Below the pieces are notes generated by a model. The model was not told the DNA's origin. It did not search any database and was given only the letters and a program-made list of their open reading frames with translations. From the NCBI GenBank assembly GCA_965661545.1, contig CBFIEF010000001.1, positions 27,250-91,249 of the forward strand: a stretch of 64,000 nucleotides of DNA. The letters are read 5' to 3'. Both the position numbers and the translations under genes were made by a program. Position 1 is the stretch's first letter. Each line of letters opens with the position of its first letter. Origin of the DNA: Alphaproteobacteria bacterium (GTDB lineage Bacteria > Pseudomonadota > Alphaproteobacteria > UBA7985). Positions 9,916-20,672 of the stretch are shown here, piece after piece.

Positions 9916-10021
9916 GCGTTTTCACGCGCTATGCAATTGGCTACTGATACCGGGCTATGAGTGATTAGGCGTTTTCATAACCCTGGGAATTGGCTACGGC
10001 TTCGGCATTATGAGTGATAAA
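9916..10021 (+). repeat. Two tandem copies of a 53-bp modular repeat (9916-9968 and 9969-10021) that span the thyX start codon
   Basis: Both copies share three blocks in register with an exact 53-bp period: GCGTTTTCA, AATTGGCTAC and TATGAGTGAT. The two 10-11 nt spacers between the blocks are unrelated. Copy 1 carries the mini-ORF ATG AGT GAT TAG (9957-9968). Confidence 0.85.
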
Positions 10022-10960
10022 ACAGATCAAGCCCGCTCCGTCGACCTCGAGATCGAAGAACTTCGCGCGTTCACCCGTCCCACGTCACGGGTGACTTCAA
10101 GCGCGCTTGAGGATCGCCTGTACAAAATTTTTCCCGTTCTCGATCACGGCTTTGTCCGTGTCGTCGATTACATGGGGGATGACACGTCGATCGTGCAGGC
10201 TGCGCGTGTGTCGTACGGCAAAGGCACGAAGTCCGTGCGGAATGACGAGGGGCTGATCCGGTATCTGATGCGCCATCGCCATTCGACGCCGTTCGAGATG
10301 TGCGAAATCAAGTTCCACATCAAGCTGCCGATTTTTGTGGCACGCCAATGGATCCGTCACCGCACAGCCAACGTGAACGAGTATTCCGCCCGCTATTCCA
10401 TGCTGGACCGTGAGTTCTACATTCCCGCGCCCGAGCATCTGGCCGCGCAGAGTGAAGTGAATAATCAGGGACGCGGCGAGGTGCTGCGCGACGAAGAAGC
10501 GAATGATGTTCTTGAGATGCTCAAGGCGGATGCCGTGCGCTCCTATGATCGTTACGAGACGCTTTTGAATGCGCGTCAAGATGGTCGGATCATCAACGAT
10601 GACAAACAAGGCCTAGCGCGTGAGCTTGCGCGGATGACCTTGCCCTTGTCCGCCTATACGCAGTGGTACTGGAAAGTTGATCTCCACAACCTCGTTCACT
10701 TCCTGAGCCTGCGGATGGACCCACACGCACAGTACGAGATCCGCGCCTTTGCGGATGTGATGTACGACATGGTGCGGGACTGGGTGCCGTTGACGGCCAA
10801 AGCGTTTGAAGATTACCGCCTGAACAGCTTTTCGCTGTCCGGGCCAATGGTTTCAGCGGTGCGTCGGATGGTAAGCGGTGAAAAAGTCACCGTGGAAAAC
10901 TGCGGCATGTCCGCGCGGGAATGGCGAGAGTTGCAAGCGGCTTTGGGGCTCAGCGACTAA
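10010..10960 (+). CDS. thyX: Flavin-dependent thymidylate synthase
   Basis: Carries the ThyX signature RHRHSTPFE...ARQWIRHR. The ATG sits inside the second repeat copy. Confidence 0.9.
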   Translation: MSDKTDQARSVDLEIEELRAFTRPTSRVTSSALEDRLYKIFPVLDHGFVRVVDYMGDDTSIVQAARVSYGKGTKSVRNDEGLIRYLMRHRHSTPFEMCEIKFHIKLPIFVARQWIRHRTANVNEYSARYSMLDREFYIPAPEHLAAQSEVNNQGRGEVLRDEEANDVLEMLKADAVRSYDRYETLLNARQDGRIINDDKQGLARELARMTLPLSAYTQWYWKVDLHNLVHFLSLRMDPHAQYEIRAFADVMYDMVRDWVPLTAKAFEDYRLNSFSLSGPMVSAVRRMVSGEKVTVENCGMSAREWRELQAALGLSD

Positions 10961-10963
10961 CAC

Positions 10964-11737
10964 ATGGTCGACCCGACCCATCCTAACCCTTATCGAACAC
11001 GCGCTTTCGGACCGGCTGATCATGGCCTGATGATCCCTGCTGGGCATGTGGTTCTGCTGATCGGAATCTTGCTGTTGCTTGCGCCCATTGCGCTGCTGGC
11101 TCAGGGGATCGTGCTTGCGCTTTGGTCCCCTGCGCTGCCGAGCCACGGGACGATTGTCACTGAAGTTCTGGTGAGTCTGGCGTTGATTGCTGGGATGTTT
11201 CTGATTGGGCTGAGTCGCCATTACAATTGGGAGCGGTTCGGCTTCTGGCTACCGGTTCGCACGGACTACTTGTTCGTCGCTGGCATCCTCACAATCTCGA
11301 TCTTCATCCAGCCTTTATTCATGTTTGGCTTTGATGCAGAAGGTTCGACCGAGCTGCGCGACGCCTTTTTCAGGGCCTATCATCCTCAAGGCGTTCTGGT
11401 GTTCGAGCTGCTGATCTTTGCCGCGCTTGTGATCCTCACGCCGCTGTTTGAAGAGATGGTTTTTCGCGGCCTGTTCTTTGGATGGGCGCGGCAGAGGCTT
11501 GGCTTCTTTAAGGCAGCGCTGTTCAGCTCGCTGGTCTTCGCAGCCTTTCACGCGCACTATGTTGATGCGCTGGGGCTGCATTGGGGTTTCAGGGCGCTGG
11601 GGATGATCTTCACCCTTGGATTTCTGTCAGCTTTGCTGTTTGAGCGAACGGGATCGTTGATCGCGCCTACGCTTTTGCATGGCTTGTTCAATCTCCAAGC
11701 GGCGATTCCTTTGCTGTTGGATATTCCGCCAGCTTGA
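10964..11737 (+). CDS. CPBP-family intramembrane metalloprotease (CAAX protease / Abi domain)
   Basis: A multi-TM protein with the EExxFRG motif (EEMVFRGLFFG) and FxxxH (FAAFHAHY). Confidence 0.75.
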   Translation: MVDPTHPNPYRTRAFGPADHGLMIPAGHVVLLIGILLLLAPIALLAQGIVLALWSPALPSHGTIVTEVLVSLALIAGMFLIGLSRHYNWERFGFWLPVRTDYLFVAGILTISIFIQPLFMFGFDAEGSTELRDAFFRAYHPQGVLVFELLIFAALVILTPLFEEMVFRGLFFGWARQRLGFFKAALFSSLVFAAFHAHYVDALGLHWGFRALGMIFTLGFLSALLFERTGSLIAPTLLHGLFNLQAAIPLLLDIPPA

Positions 11738-11824
11738 ATTAACTCCCCGAGACCCCACGTTTCGGGTAAGCGAGGTGTCCCATAGCGGATGCACGAACAT
11801 TAGCGATGATTTAGGGAAATCTTC

Positions 11825-13219
11825 ATGTCAGATTTGGGCGGCGATAACTCCAGCCTGCACCAGAATTCCAACGGCTCCGGGCCTTGGGGTGGCGGTGGCA
11901 ACCGTGGCAATGGCGGTGGTCAAGGGCCTTGGGGCGGATCCAACAATAACAGTGGCGGCAACCGAGGTAGCTCGGGCGGCGGTCAGGGACCGTGGGGCGG
12001 TGGCTCCAACAACGGCGGTGGTGACAGCAACAACGGCGGTGCCAATGTTGAAGACATCTTCAACCGCGCGCGCCGGAATCTCGGTGGCGGTGGCGGAGGC
12101 AGCGGTGGACGCCGTCAATCACCGGGTGGCCTGCCTCGTAACTTGCCGCTTCCGCTGATCATCCTCGGCCTGATCGGTGCGTTTGCTGTGGTTTGGTGGA
12201 ACGCGGGCGGTGTCCGTTTGGTGTCACCTTCGCAACAGTTGGTCGTAACGTTCTTAGGTGAATACCAGACGACCAAGGGTGAAGGTCTGCAGATCCAGCC
12301 TTTGGCACCCTTGCAGCGCGGCTACGTGATCAACGTGCTCCAGCAGCGTGAAACACCGGTTGGTGCCAATGGTGAGCGTGTTGACGTTTCTGCCATTATT
12401 GAGCGTCGTAACCAGCGTCTCGCTCAGTCTAACCCGCGGGCAAGCTCCACCACGGAGACATTGACCGAGGAAGATTTCGTTGAGCCAAACGTGGTTCTGC
12501 AAGAGCTGCAGAACGAAACGCGTGGTCGTCTGAACCAGAACCTGATGCTGACCAACGAAGGCAAGATTGCTGACGTTGACGTCAACGTCTTCTGGAACGT
12601 GAACAACGCGCGGGACTTCCTGTTCAACGTAAAAGATCCGTCGGAGACTTTGGGTGGCTTGAACTCGGTTGATCCGACAGAGACCATCAAGCTTGCCGCC
12701 GAGGCCGCTTTGCGGTCAGCCGTGGCAACCCGTGACCTGGATGAGGTTGTTGACCGTACCGGCTTGGCCATCGACATTGAAACTCAGTTGCAAGCGCTGC
12801 TGGACGAATACGGCGCCGGCATCAATGTCGTTCGTGTTGACGTTCCGTACGCTCAACCACCACTTGCCGTTCTGCCGTCTTACAACGCGGTGAAAAACGC
12901 AGAAAAGACCAAGAACGAGATCATCAACAAGGCTCAGGCCGAAGCGACCCGCGTAACCAACGAAGCGCAGGGTACGGTTGATCAGGTTTTGCAGGAAGCG
13001 ACCGCGTTCAAGAACGAGACGATCGCAGCCGCACGCGGTCAGGCAGAGCGTTTCAAGCAAGTCCTCTCGGCTTACGACGAAGCACCAGCAGTGACCATCC
13101 AACGGCTTTACCTCGACACCATGCAGGAAGTCCTCACGAACGCCGACATGACCATCATTGATGAATCGTTGGGCGGAGATGCCTTGCCGCTCCTTCCCAT
13201 CAGTCCTTTGAACCAATAA
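11825..13219 (+). CDS. hflK: Protease modulator HflK (band-7/SPFH) with a Gly/Asn-rich N-terminal low-complexity region
   Basis: An N-terminal G/N-rich segment with three GQGPWGG repeats is followed by a TM helix and an SPFH domain. It lies immediately upstream of hflC. Confidence 0.85.
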   Translation: MSDLGGDNSSLHQNSNGSGPWGGGGNRGNGGGQGPWGGSNNNSGGNRGSSGGGQGPWGGGSNNGGGDSNNGGANVEDIFNRARRNLGGGGGGSGGRRQSPGGLPRNLPLPLIILGLIGAFAVVWWNAGGVRLVSPSQQLVVTFLGEYQTTKGEGLQIQPLAPLQRGYVINVLQQRETPVGANGERVDVSAIIERRNQRLAQSNPRASSTTETLTEEDFVEPNVVLQELQNETRGRLNQNLMLTNEGKIADVDVNVFWNVNNARDFLFNVKDPSETLGGLNSVDPTETIKLAAEAALRSAVATRDLDEVVDRTGLAIDIETQLQALLDEYGAGINVVRVDVPYAQPPLAVLPSYNAVKNAEKTKNEIINKAQAEATRVTNEAQGTVDQVLQEATAFKNETIAAARGQAERFKQVLSAYDEAPAVTIQRLYLDTMQEVLTNADMTIIDESLGGDALPLLPISPLNQ

Positions 13220-13241
13220 TCAGAAACGGAGACCTGAAGTC

Positions 13242-14108
13242 ATGAATAGAATTCTTATCCCCGTCGCGGTTGTTGTCGTCTTCGTACTGTGGGCGTTTTC
13301 AGCTGTGGTTATCGTTCGCGAAGACCAGCAAGCGGTCATTCGCTCCTTCAACGCTATTCAACGCGCTGAAACGGATGCTGGCTTGAGCTTCAAGCTGCCT
13401 GCGCCGCTGGGTTCGGTTGATTACATCGAACAGCGGGTTCTGGCGACTGACCCTGAGATCGAGCAGTTCATTCTGTCCGATGATACGCGTTTGGATGTTG
13501 ATTACTACGTGCGGTACCGGATCACAGATCCCATCACTTACGTGCGAAACACCAATGATCTGTTGAGCGTTCAGCAGGTTGAGCAAGCGTCGAAAGATAG
13601 TCTGTCCGAGGCGCTGCGTTCGGTAAACCTGTCGACCGTCCTGTCGGATCAGCGTGACCAGCTGTTGCTGGAAGTGCGTTCCAGCATTTCGGATAAAATG
13701 GGCCAGTTGGGTATCGACGTGGTTGATATTCGCATCGGCCGCGCAGATTTTGTGGCGGAGAACTTGCCCTTTGCCTTTAACGAAATGTCTGCCGACTTGC
13801 TCGATACCTACAAGTCCGAGCTGTCCAACGGTTCTGCAGAAGGCGAAAGACTGCGGGCAACGGCTAACCAGGAAGCGCGTACGCGTGTTGCTGAAGCCAA
13901 CGCCACAGCCGCCATCATGCGCGGTGAAGCGGAAGCACAAGCGGCACGTTTGTTGAACGCGGCACATGGTCAAGACCTGGAGTTCTATACGTTCTGGCGT
14001 TCGATGCAGTCGTACAGCGAAGCCATTGCGAGCGACGACAAGTCACTGATCCTGACGACGGATAATGACTTCCTGAAGTCGCTACAAAGCCCAAGCTTGC
14101 TTCAGTAG
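13242..14108 (+). CDS. hflC: Protease modulator HflC
   Basis: An N-terminal TM helix is followed by an SPFH domain. Classic hflK-hflC pairing. Confidence 0.85.
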   Translation: MNRILIPVAVVVVFVLWAFSAVVIVREDQQAVIRSFNAIQRAETDAGLSFKLPAPLGSVDYIEQRVLATDPEIEQFILSDDTRLDVDYYVRYRITDPITYVRNTNDLLSVQQVEQASKDSLSEALRSVNLSTVLSDQRDQLLLEVRSSISDKMGQLGIDVVDIRIGRADFVAENLPFAFNEMSADLLDTYKSELSNGSAEGERLRATANQEARTRVAEANATAAIMRGEAEAQAARLLNAAHGQDLEFYTFWRSMQSYSEAIASDDKSLILTTDNDFLKSLQSPSLLQ

Positions 14109-14118
14109 AGCAATTTCG

Positions 14119-14158
14119 AAAGACGATTCCCCGCTGCCTTAGGGGGATCGTCTTTTTT
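14119..14158 (+). terminator. Intrinsic terminator after hflC
   Basis: The stem AGACGATTCCCC...GGGGGATCGTCT is followed by TTTTTT. Confidence 0.7.
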
Positions 14159-14392
14159 ACTCCCGTATCGGGATAAGAGGCTTGCCTCACCAATCGATGC
14201 TGCCACATTCACAAAAGTGATGCTTGAAATCACTGGTCCTCACCCTTGTGTGAAGTCCGATATTTCACCGCCCATCGGTCTAGCTTCCAACACAATTGCC
14301 CCCAATCTCTGGCATGCGACAGGGCGGACTCTCCTTGTGAAACCGCTCGCCAAGTACACAAACAAAACCAAGAGTTTTCAGGAGTGAAACGT

Positions 14393-15862
14393 ATGAAACA
14401 CTTCGGCTTAATGAGCCTCAACAGCGTGCGCGCTGGCTTTGGATTAATGGCGCTGTCCTTTGTGACACTGGCCCCCCATGCCGTTGCGAAGCCTGCGCCC
14501 GACAGCTTTGCCGATATCGTTGAAGAGCTGTTGCCGACCGTGGTGAACGTCTCAACGTCTGCCGCAGCCAGCCGCAACCCGTTGGACGCTGAGGAATTCG
14601 AGCAGTTCCGCGAATTCATGGAGCGCTTTGGCCGCCCCGCGCCGCTGCCGGAATCCAATGGCCGCCGCGCACAGTCGCTGGGGTCGGGTTTCATCATTGA
14701 TGAAAGCGGAATTATCGTCACCAACAACCACGTTGTTGAAGGTGCCGAAACCATCACCATCACGCTGCACGATGACACACAGTTCGAAGGCACACTGCTG
14801 GGCACCGATGAAAGCACAGACCTTGCTGTGGTGAAGATCGAGCCAGGCGATATGAAGTTGGTTGCGACCGAATGGTCGGACAGCGATTTAGCGCGGGTTG
14901 GCGATTGGATTGTTGCCATTGGTAACCCCTTTGGTCTGGGTTCAACCGTGACGGCTGGGATCATTTCGGCCAAGGCACGCGATATCCGCTCCGGGCCTTA
15001 CGATAGCTTCATTCAAACGGATGCGTCGATTAACCGAGGCAACTCGGGCGGTCCATCCTTTGATATTGAAGGCCGTGTGGTCGGCGTAAACACAGCGATT
15101 TTCTCGCCCTCCGGCGGGTCTGTCGGTATCGGTTTTGCCATCCCGTCCAACATCGCAGCCAACATTGTCGATCAGCTGGCAACGCGCGGTGAAGTTCGTC
15201 GTGGTTTCCTGGGTACGCGCATCATGCCTGTGGGTACAGACGAGGCGGAAGTTTTGGGCATGGACAACCCGCGCGGCGCGCTGGTGCGCTCTCTTATCGA
15301 AACGGGTCCAGCGAAAGAAGCCGGTATCGAGCCGGGTGATGTGATCATTCGCTTTGACGGCAAAGACGTCAAAACAGCGCGTGATCTGCCGCTCATGGTC
15401 GCTCAAACACCGGTTGGCAAACAAGTCCGCGTGGTCGTTTGGCGCGATGGGGAAGAAGTGACGGTGTCGCTGTCTCTTGGTCTGCTGGACGAAGAAGACG
15501 TTGCCGCTGACGTGCCGGTGACCGAAGAGGAACCCGTTGAAGACGATACAGTCGCGGGCGAAGAAGACCTGCGCGCCTATGGTCTGGCCGTGACGCCGCT
15601 GACCGCCGATGAACTCGATGGATTGAGCCTGCCGGGCTATGAGGCTGGTGTCATGGTTACCGAGTTGACCGACGACAGCCCGTTTGTGGACCAAGGCCTG
15701 ACGGTTGGTGATGTCATTCTCGAGATTGACAACGCCGATGTTGGGTCCGCCGCAGATGTTGCTGCGGCCATTCGCTCTGCTGACGAAGATGGAGCGGGCA
15801 TTATGGCCGCCGTTATCGTGCGCGAAGGCCAGCGCATCTGGCTCATCCTGCGGACGCGCTAA
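14393..15862 (+). CDS. degP: Periplasmic serine endoprotease of the DegP/DegQ (HtrA, Do) family
   Basis: Trypsin-like catalytic motifs are present (TNNHVV, DLAV, GNSGGP), followed by two PDZ-like regions. The RBS AGGAGTG sits 6 nt before the ATG at 14393. A signal peptide is present. Confidence 0.85.
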   Translation: MKHFGLMSLNSVRAGFGLMALSFVTLAPHAVAKPAPDSFADIVEELLPTVVNVSTSAAASRNPLDAEEFEQFREFMERFGRPAPLPESNGRRAQSLGSGFIIDESGIIVTNNHVVEGAETITITLHDDTQFEGTLLGTDESTDLAVVKIEPGDMKLVATEWSDSDLARVGDWIVAIGNPFGLGSTVTAGIISAKARDIRSGPYDSFIQTDASINRGNSGGPSFDIEGRVVGVNTAIFSPSGGSVGIGFAIPSNIAANIVDQLATRGEVRRGFLGTRIMPVGTDEAEVLGMDNPRGALVRSLIETGPAKEAGIEPGDVIIRFDGKDVKTARDLPLMVAQTPVGKQVRVVVWRDGEEVTVSLSLGLLDEEDVAADVPVTEEEPVEDDTVAGEEDLRAYGLAVTPLTADELDGLSLPGYEAGVMVTELTDDSPFVDQGLTVGDVILEIDNADVGSAADVAAAIRSADEDGAGIMAAVIVREGQRIWLILRTR

Positions 15863-15887
15863 TCTCTGCATCAACGCTGAACAAGAA

Positions 15888-15917
15888 GGGCCGCTCAACC
15901 AGCGGCCCCTTTTTTTG
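15888..15917 (+). terminator. Intrinsic terminator after degP
   Basis: GGGCCGCT-CAACC-AGCGGCCC followed by TTTTTTT. Confidence 0.8.
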
Positions 15918-15941
15918 TGGCAAATCGGGAAAGGGGCGTTC

Positions 15942-16868
15942 ATGTCTAGGCGCATGACAGCACAGGTTTATGCCATTTACGGACCGACCGCGTCGGGCAA
16001 AACAGCGCTTGCGATCGAACTGGCGCGCTCGACCGGAGCTGTGATTCTGAACGCGGACTCCATGCAGATCTATAGCGACCTGCGCATCATTACCGCGCGT
16101 CCATCTGCTGAGGAAGAAGCCGCCGCTGAGCATCGGCTCTATGGCGTGCTCAAGGGCGATGATCCGTGCTCAGTGGCGCGCTGGGTATCGCTGATAAAAT
16201 CAGAAATCGAGCACTTGAGGCCACGCCCTGTGATTCTGGTGGGGGGGACAGGTTTGTATCTCAACGCCCTCCACGATGGCCTGTCCAACATTCCCGAGCC
16301 TGACGACATGGTGCGGCGGCAGGCAGTAGAGCGGCTGACGCGCCTGGGGTTAAGCGCGTTTCGCGAAGAAGTGCTGGCGCTGGACCCCCAGACCCTAGAC
16401 ACCATTATCGACCCGCAAAGGCTGCAGCGGATTTGGGCGGTGACGAAAGCGACAGGAAAACCGCTAAGCCAGTGGCAAGGCGACAAGCAGGGCGGCATCG
16501 GCCCTTTTCCCATCTTTGATCTCGCACCAGACCGGGCGGATTTGCACGATCGGATCAACCGGCGTTTCGATGTGATGCTAGAGCTTGGCGCGCTGGCGGA
16601 GGTTGAAGAGTTTCTGTCCCTGAACTATGCCCAAACCCTGCCGATCTCCCGCGCTGTTGGGCTTCCTGAGCTGGTTTCTGTGCTTCAGAATGAGACAGAT
16701 CTTGAAACCGCCCGTGAAAAAGCCTGCGCTTCGAGCCGACAATATGCGAAGCGTCAATTGACGTGGGGACGAAATCAACTGGCTCACGCAATAAAATTTC
16801 GTGAATACCCTATAGTTTTGGAAGAAGTGAAAAAAATCAAGGCTGATATCTTGTCGGTTATTGGCTGA
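15942..16868 (+). CDS. miaA: tRNA dimethylallyltransferase
   Basis: Carries the P-loop AIYGPTASGKTALAIELAR and a MiaA-like body. The true start is taken at the ATG at 15942 (or 15954). The longer ORF from 15705 overlaps degP. Confidence 0.85.
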   Translation: MSRRMTAQVYAIYGPTASGKTALAIELARSTGAVILNADSMQIYSDLRIITARPSAEEEAAAEHRLYGVLKGDDPCSVARWVSLIKSEIEHLRPRPVILVGGTGLYLNALHDGLSNIPEPDDMVRRQAVERLTRLGLSAFREEVLALDPQTLDTIIDPQRLQRIWAVTKATGKPLSQWQGDKQGGIGPFPIFDLAPDRADLHDRINRRFDVMLELGALAEVEEFLSLNYAQTLPISRAVGLPELVSVLQNETDLETAREKACASSRQYAKRQLTWGRNQLAHAIKFREYPIVLEEVKKIKADILSVIG

Positions 16869-16968
16869 GGCTGTTGACGCCTAAATTTGTCTCTGCTTAG
16901 CCTATGCTTGAAAACGCGGGATTCTTTTTCCGGTTCCGACAAACTTATTGAGACATCAGGTTTTAATC

Positions 16969-18744
16969 ATGAGCGATTCTAAGACTGGCGCAGAAACCCT
17001 CATCACCGCCTTGGTTGAACAGGGCGTGGAGGTCATTTTTGGCTATCCGGGGGGGGCAGTTCTTCCCATTTATGATGCGCTGTTCCAGCAAAACTCGATC
17101 CGCCACATCCTTGTTCGTCACGAGCAGGCCGCCGTTCACGCGGCTGAAGGCTATGCACGCTCCACGGGGAAAGTGGGCTGTGTGTTGGTGACCTCTGGCC
17201 CCGGCGCGACCAACGCGGTGACCGGCCTGACGGACGCGCTGATGGACTCGATCCCAGTTGTTTGTCTGACCGGCCAGGTTCCAACGCATTTGATCGGCCA
17301 GGACGCGTTCCAAGAGGCTGATACGACCGGCATTACCCGCGCCTGTACCAAGCACAATTACTTGGTGAAGGATGCTGACCACGTGTCTGCTGTGGTTCAC
17401 GAGGCGTTTCTCGTGGCTAGCACAGGACGTCCCGGCCCGGTTGTCATTGACCTGCCAAAAGACGTTCTGATGAACAAGACCGAGGTCTATAAGCGTAAGG
17501 CGGACATCCGCCGCAGCTCGTACCGTCCTGTCGTTAAGGGCGAGTTGTCCCAGATCGAAAAAGCGATCGATGCGCTGTCCAACGCGAAGCGCCCGATCAT
17601 TTACGCTGGTGGCGGCGTCATCAACGCAGGGCCGAACGCGTCCCAATTGTTGGTTGAGTTCACCCGCATGACTGGCGTTCCGATCACCAACACGCTCATG
17701 GGCCTTGGCGCTTATCCAGCGTCGGATAAGCAGTTCGTCGGCATGCTTGGAATGCACGGGACGTACGAAGCAAACCTCGCCATGTACAACTGTGATGTGA
17801 TGCTGAACATCGGCGCGCGGTTTGATGACCGGATCACGGGCAAGATTGACGAATTCTCGCCGAACTCGACCAAGATCCACGTTGATATCGATCCTTCGTC
17901 AATCAACAAGAACATCATGGTCGATATCCCAATTATCGGCGATGCCGGTCACGTCCTCGAAGACATGATCCGCTTGTGGCGGTCCAAGGCGCTGAACATT
18001 GATAGTGGCGCGCTGAGCGATTGGTGGGGCCAGATTGAAACGTGGCGTTCTGTGGATTGCCTGGGCTTTGAGCAGAAAAAAGGCGACGCCGAAATTCGTC
18101 CGCAGCATGCGCTCAAGCGCCTGCATGAGATGACGGCGCATCGCGATGATGTCCTGATTTCAACCGAGGTGGGCCAGCACCAGATGTGGGCGGCGCAATA
18201 CCTCGGCTTTGAAAAACCAAACCGCTGGATGACCTCGGGCGGTCTGGGCACCATGGGCTACGGCTTCCCGGCTGCAATCGGCATGCAGGTTGGCAATCCG
18301 GCTGCGTGCTGCATTGATGTTGCGGGCGAGGCGTCGATCCTGATGAACATTCAGGAGCTGTCGACAGCGGTTCAGTACCGCTTGCCGGTTAAAATCATGA
18401 TCATCAACAACCAGTGGATGGGCATGGTGCGCCAGTGGCAGGAATTGCTGCACGGCGGTCGCTACGCTGAGTCTTACACCGAAAGCCTGCCTGACTTCGT
18501 GAAGTTGGCGGAGAGCTTTGGGGCCAAGGGCATCCGAGCGACCAAGGAAAGCGAACTTGATGGCGCGCTGCAGGAAATGCTTGAGAGCGATGTCATGACG
18601 ATTTTCGACTGTTGCGTCACCAAAGACGAAAACTGCTTCCCGATGATTCCGTCTGGCAAGCCGCATTACGATATGCTGCTGCCTGGCTCCAGTCAGGAAA
18701 AAGTTGCCGCTGCCATTCAGGGCGAGGGCCTGGCGCTGGTTTAA
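16969..18744 (+). CDS. ilvB: Acetolactate synthase large subunit
   Basis: A ThDP-enzyme signature (GYPGGAVLPIYDAL) with full-length AHAS similarity. ATG at 16969. The tool ORF starts at the TTG at 16948. Confidence 0.9.
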   Translation: MSDSKTGAETLITALVEQGVEVIFGYPGGAVLPIYDALFQQNSIRHILVRHEQAAVHAAEGYARSTGKVGCVLVTSGPGATNAVTGLTDALMDSIPVVCLTGQVPTHLIGQDAFQEADTTGITRACTKHNYLVKDADHVSAVVHEAFLVASTGRPGPVVIDLPKDVLMNKTEVYKRKADIRRSSYRPVVKGELSQIEKAIDALSNAKRPIIYAGGGVINAGPNASQLLVEFTRMTGVPITNTLMGLGAYPASDKQFVGMLGMHGTYEANLAMYNCDVMLNIGARFDDRITGKIDEFSPNSTKIHVDIDPSSINKNIMVDIPIIGDAGHVLEDMIRLWRSKALNIDSGALSDWWGQIETWRSVDCLGFEQKKGDAEIRPQHALKRLHEMTAHRDDVLISTEVGQHQMWAAQYLGFEKPNRWMTSGGLGTMGYGFPAAIGMQVGNPAACCIDVAGEASILMNIQELSTAVQYRLPVKIMIINNQWMGMVRQWQELLHGGRYAESYTESLPDFVKLAESFGAKGIRATKESELDGALQEMLESDVMTIFDCCVTKDENCFPMIPSGKPHYDMLLPGSSQEKVAAAIQGEGLALV

Positions 18745-18798
18745 GACCAGCCGCCGATCTCTCGTTCCTTCAACCCCTCAAGTTCCGGACCCCATATT

Positions 18799-19314
18799 AT
18801 GTCTGAAACCCGTACATTCGCCGTTCTCGTTGATAACGAACCCGGCGTTCTTGCCCGTGTCATCGGGCTGTTCTCTGGCCGTGGCTATAACATTGAATCG
18901 CTGACTGTGACCGAAGTGGATGATGACGCGAATCTTTCGCGCATTACCATCGTGACGGGTGGCACCACCCAAGTTCTGATCCAGATCCGCAACCTGCTGG
19001 AACGCTTGGTGCCCGTGCATCGGGTTGAAGACCTCACAGCCGTTGCTTTGGCAAATGAGCTTGAGCCGCCGGTTCAGCGTGAACTTGCGCTGGTCAAAGT
19101 TGTTGGCGCGGGCGACAAGCGCGTTGAGGCGCTGCGCATTGCCGATATTTTCAAGGCAGAAGTGGTTGATACGGGACTCGGTCACTTTGTCTTTGAAGTG
19201 AAGGGCCGGAAGGAACAAATCGACCGTTTTATCGAGCTGATGGTCCCGCTGGGACTGACAGAAATTTGCCGTTCGGGCGTAATTGCCGTGTCTCGCGGCG
19301 ATAAAGCCCTCTAA
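18799..19314 (+). CDS. ilvN: Acetolactate synthase small (regulatory) subunit
   Basis: ACT-domain small subunit (TFAVLVDNEPGVLARVIGLFSGRGYNIESLTV). Confidence 0.9.
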   Translation: MSETRTFAVLVDNEPGVLARVIGLFSGRGYNIESLTVTEVDDDANLSRITIVTGGTTQVLIQIRNLLERLVPVHRVEDLTAVALANELEPPVQRELALVKVVGAGDKRVEALRIADIFKAEVVDTGLGHFVFEVKGRKEQIDRFIELMVPLGLTEICRSGVIAVSRGDKAL

Positions 19315-19336
19315 CCCCCGCGTTCGGACGCATTAA

Positions 19337-20479
<1,143 letters not shown>

Positions 20480-20504
20480 GCCTCGACGCAAATGCATTGA
20501 AAAA

Positions 20505-20531
20505 GGCGATCCGCTCCGGGTCGCCTTTTTC
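20505..20531 (+). terminator. Intrinsic terminator after ilvC
   Basis: GGCGA-TCCGCTCCGGG-TCGCC followed by TTTTTC. Confidence 0.6.
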
Positions 20532-20541
20532 TTATGCGGGG

Positions 20542-20672
20542 ATGGGATTGCCAATCATCAAAACTCATGTTTTGATAAATCCCATGATTTCTAGAGCGGC
20601 CCTTACTGTCCTGCTTCTACCCAGCCCCTGACGTCTCAGCCGGGCTGCAAACCGGCATGCGATCAGGGGCTT
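20542..20672 (+). promoter_or_regulatory. Candidate leuA leader-peptide attenuator. The leader ORF is 20542 (or 20584) to 20631, followed by nested RNA stems.
   Basis: The peptide reads MGLPIIKTHVLINPMISRAALTVLLLPSP, or MISRAALTVLLLPSP from the second ATG. It contains three consecutive Leu codons (CTG CTT CTA). The stop codon lies inside the 9-bp stem AGCCCCTGA (20623-31) / TCAGGGGCT (20663-71). That stem encloses the hairpin GCCGG..CCGGC (20639-56), which overlaps the alternative pairing CAGCCC/GGGCTG. Confidence 0.4.

Noticed and set aside
9573-9947. A 124-aa plus-strand ORF in the thyX upstream region.
   Set aside because: It lies in AT-rich intergenic DNA and uses a non-ATG start. It has no motifs and a biased Arg/Pro composition typical of spurious frames.
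16869-16968. A leader peptide upstream of ilvB (MLENAGFFFRFRQTY).
   Set aside because: It has no branched-chain residues and no adjacent terminator/antiterminator, so it is unlikely to be an ilv attenuator.
16963-17880. A 305-aa minus-strand ORF, plus many similar long ORFs antisense to well-identified genes. Examples: 26880-28115 opposite serA, 48533-49687 opposite uvrA, 14942-15955 opposite degP, 37250-38317 opposite mrdA, 22599-23303 opposite aglA, 7499-8179 opposite the OMP, 43871-44485 opposite parE, and 10097-10609 opposite thyX.
   Set aside because: They lie entirely inside strongly supported genes on the other strand. They are typical of high-GC genomes where stop codons are rare. 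None has recognisable motifs.
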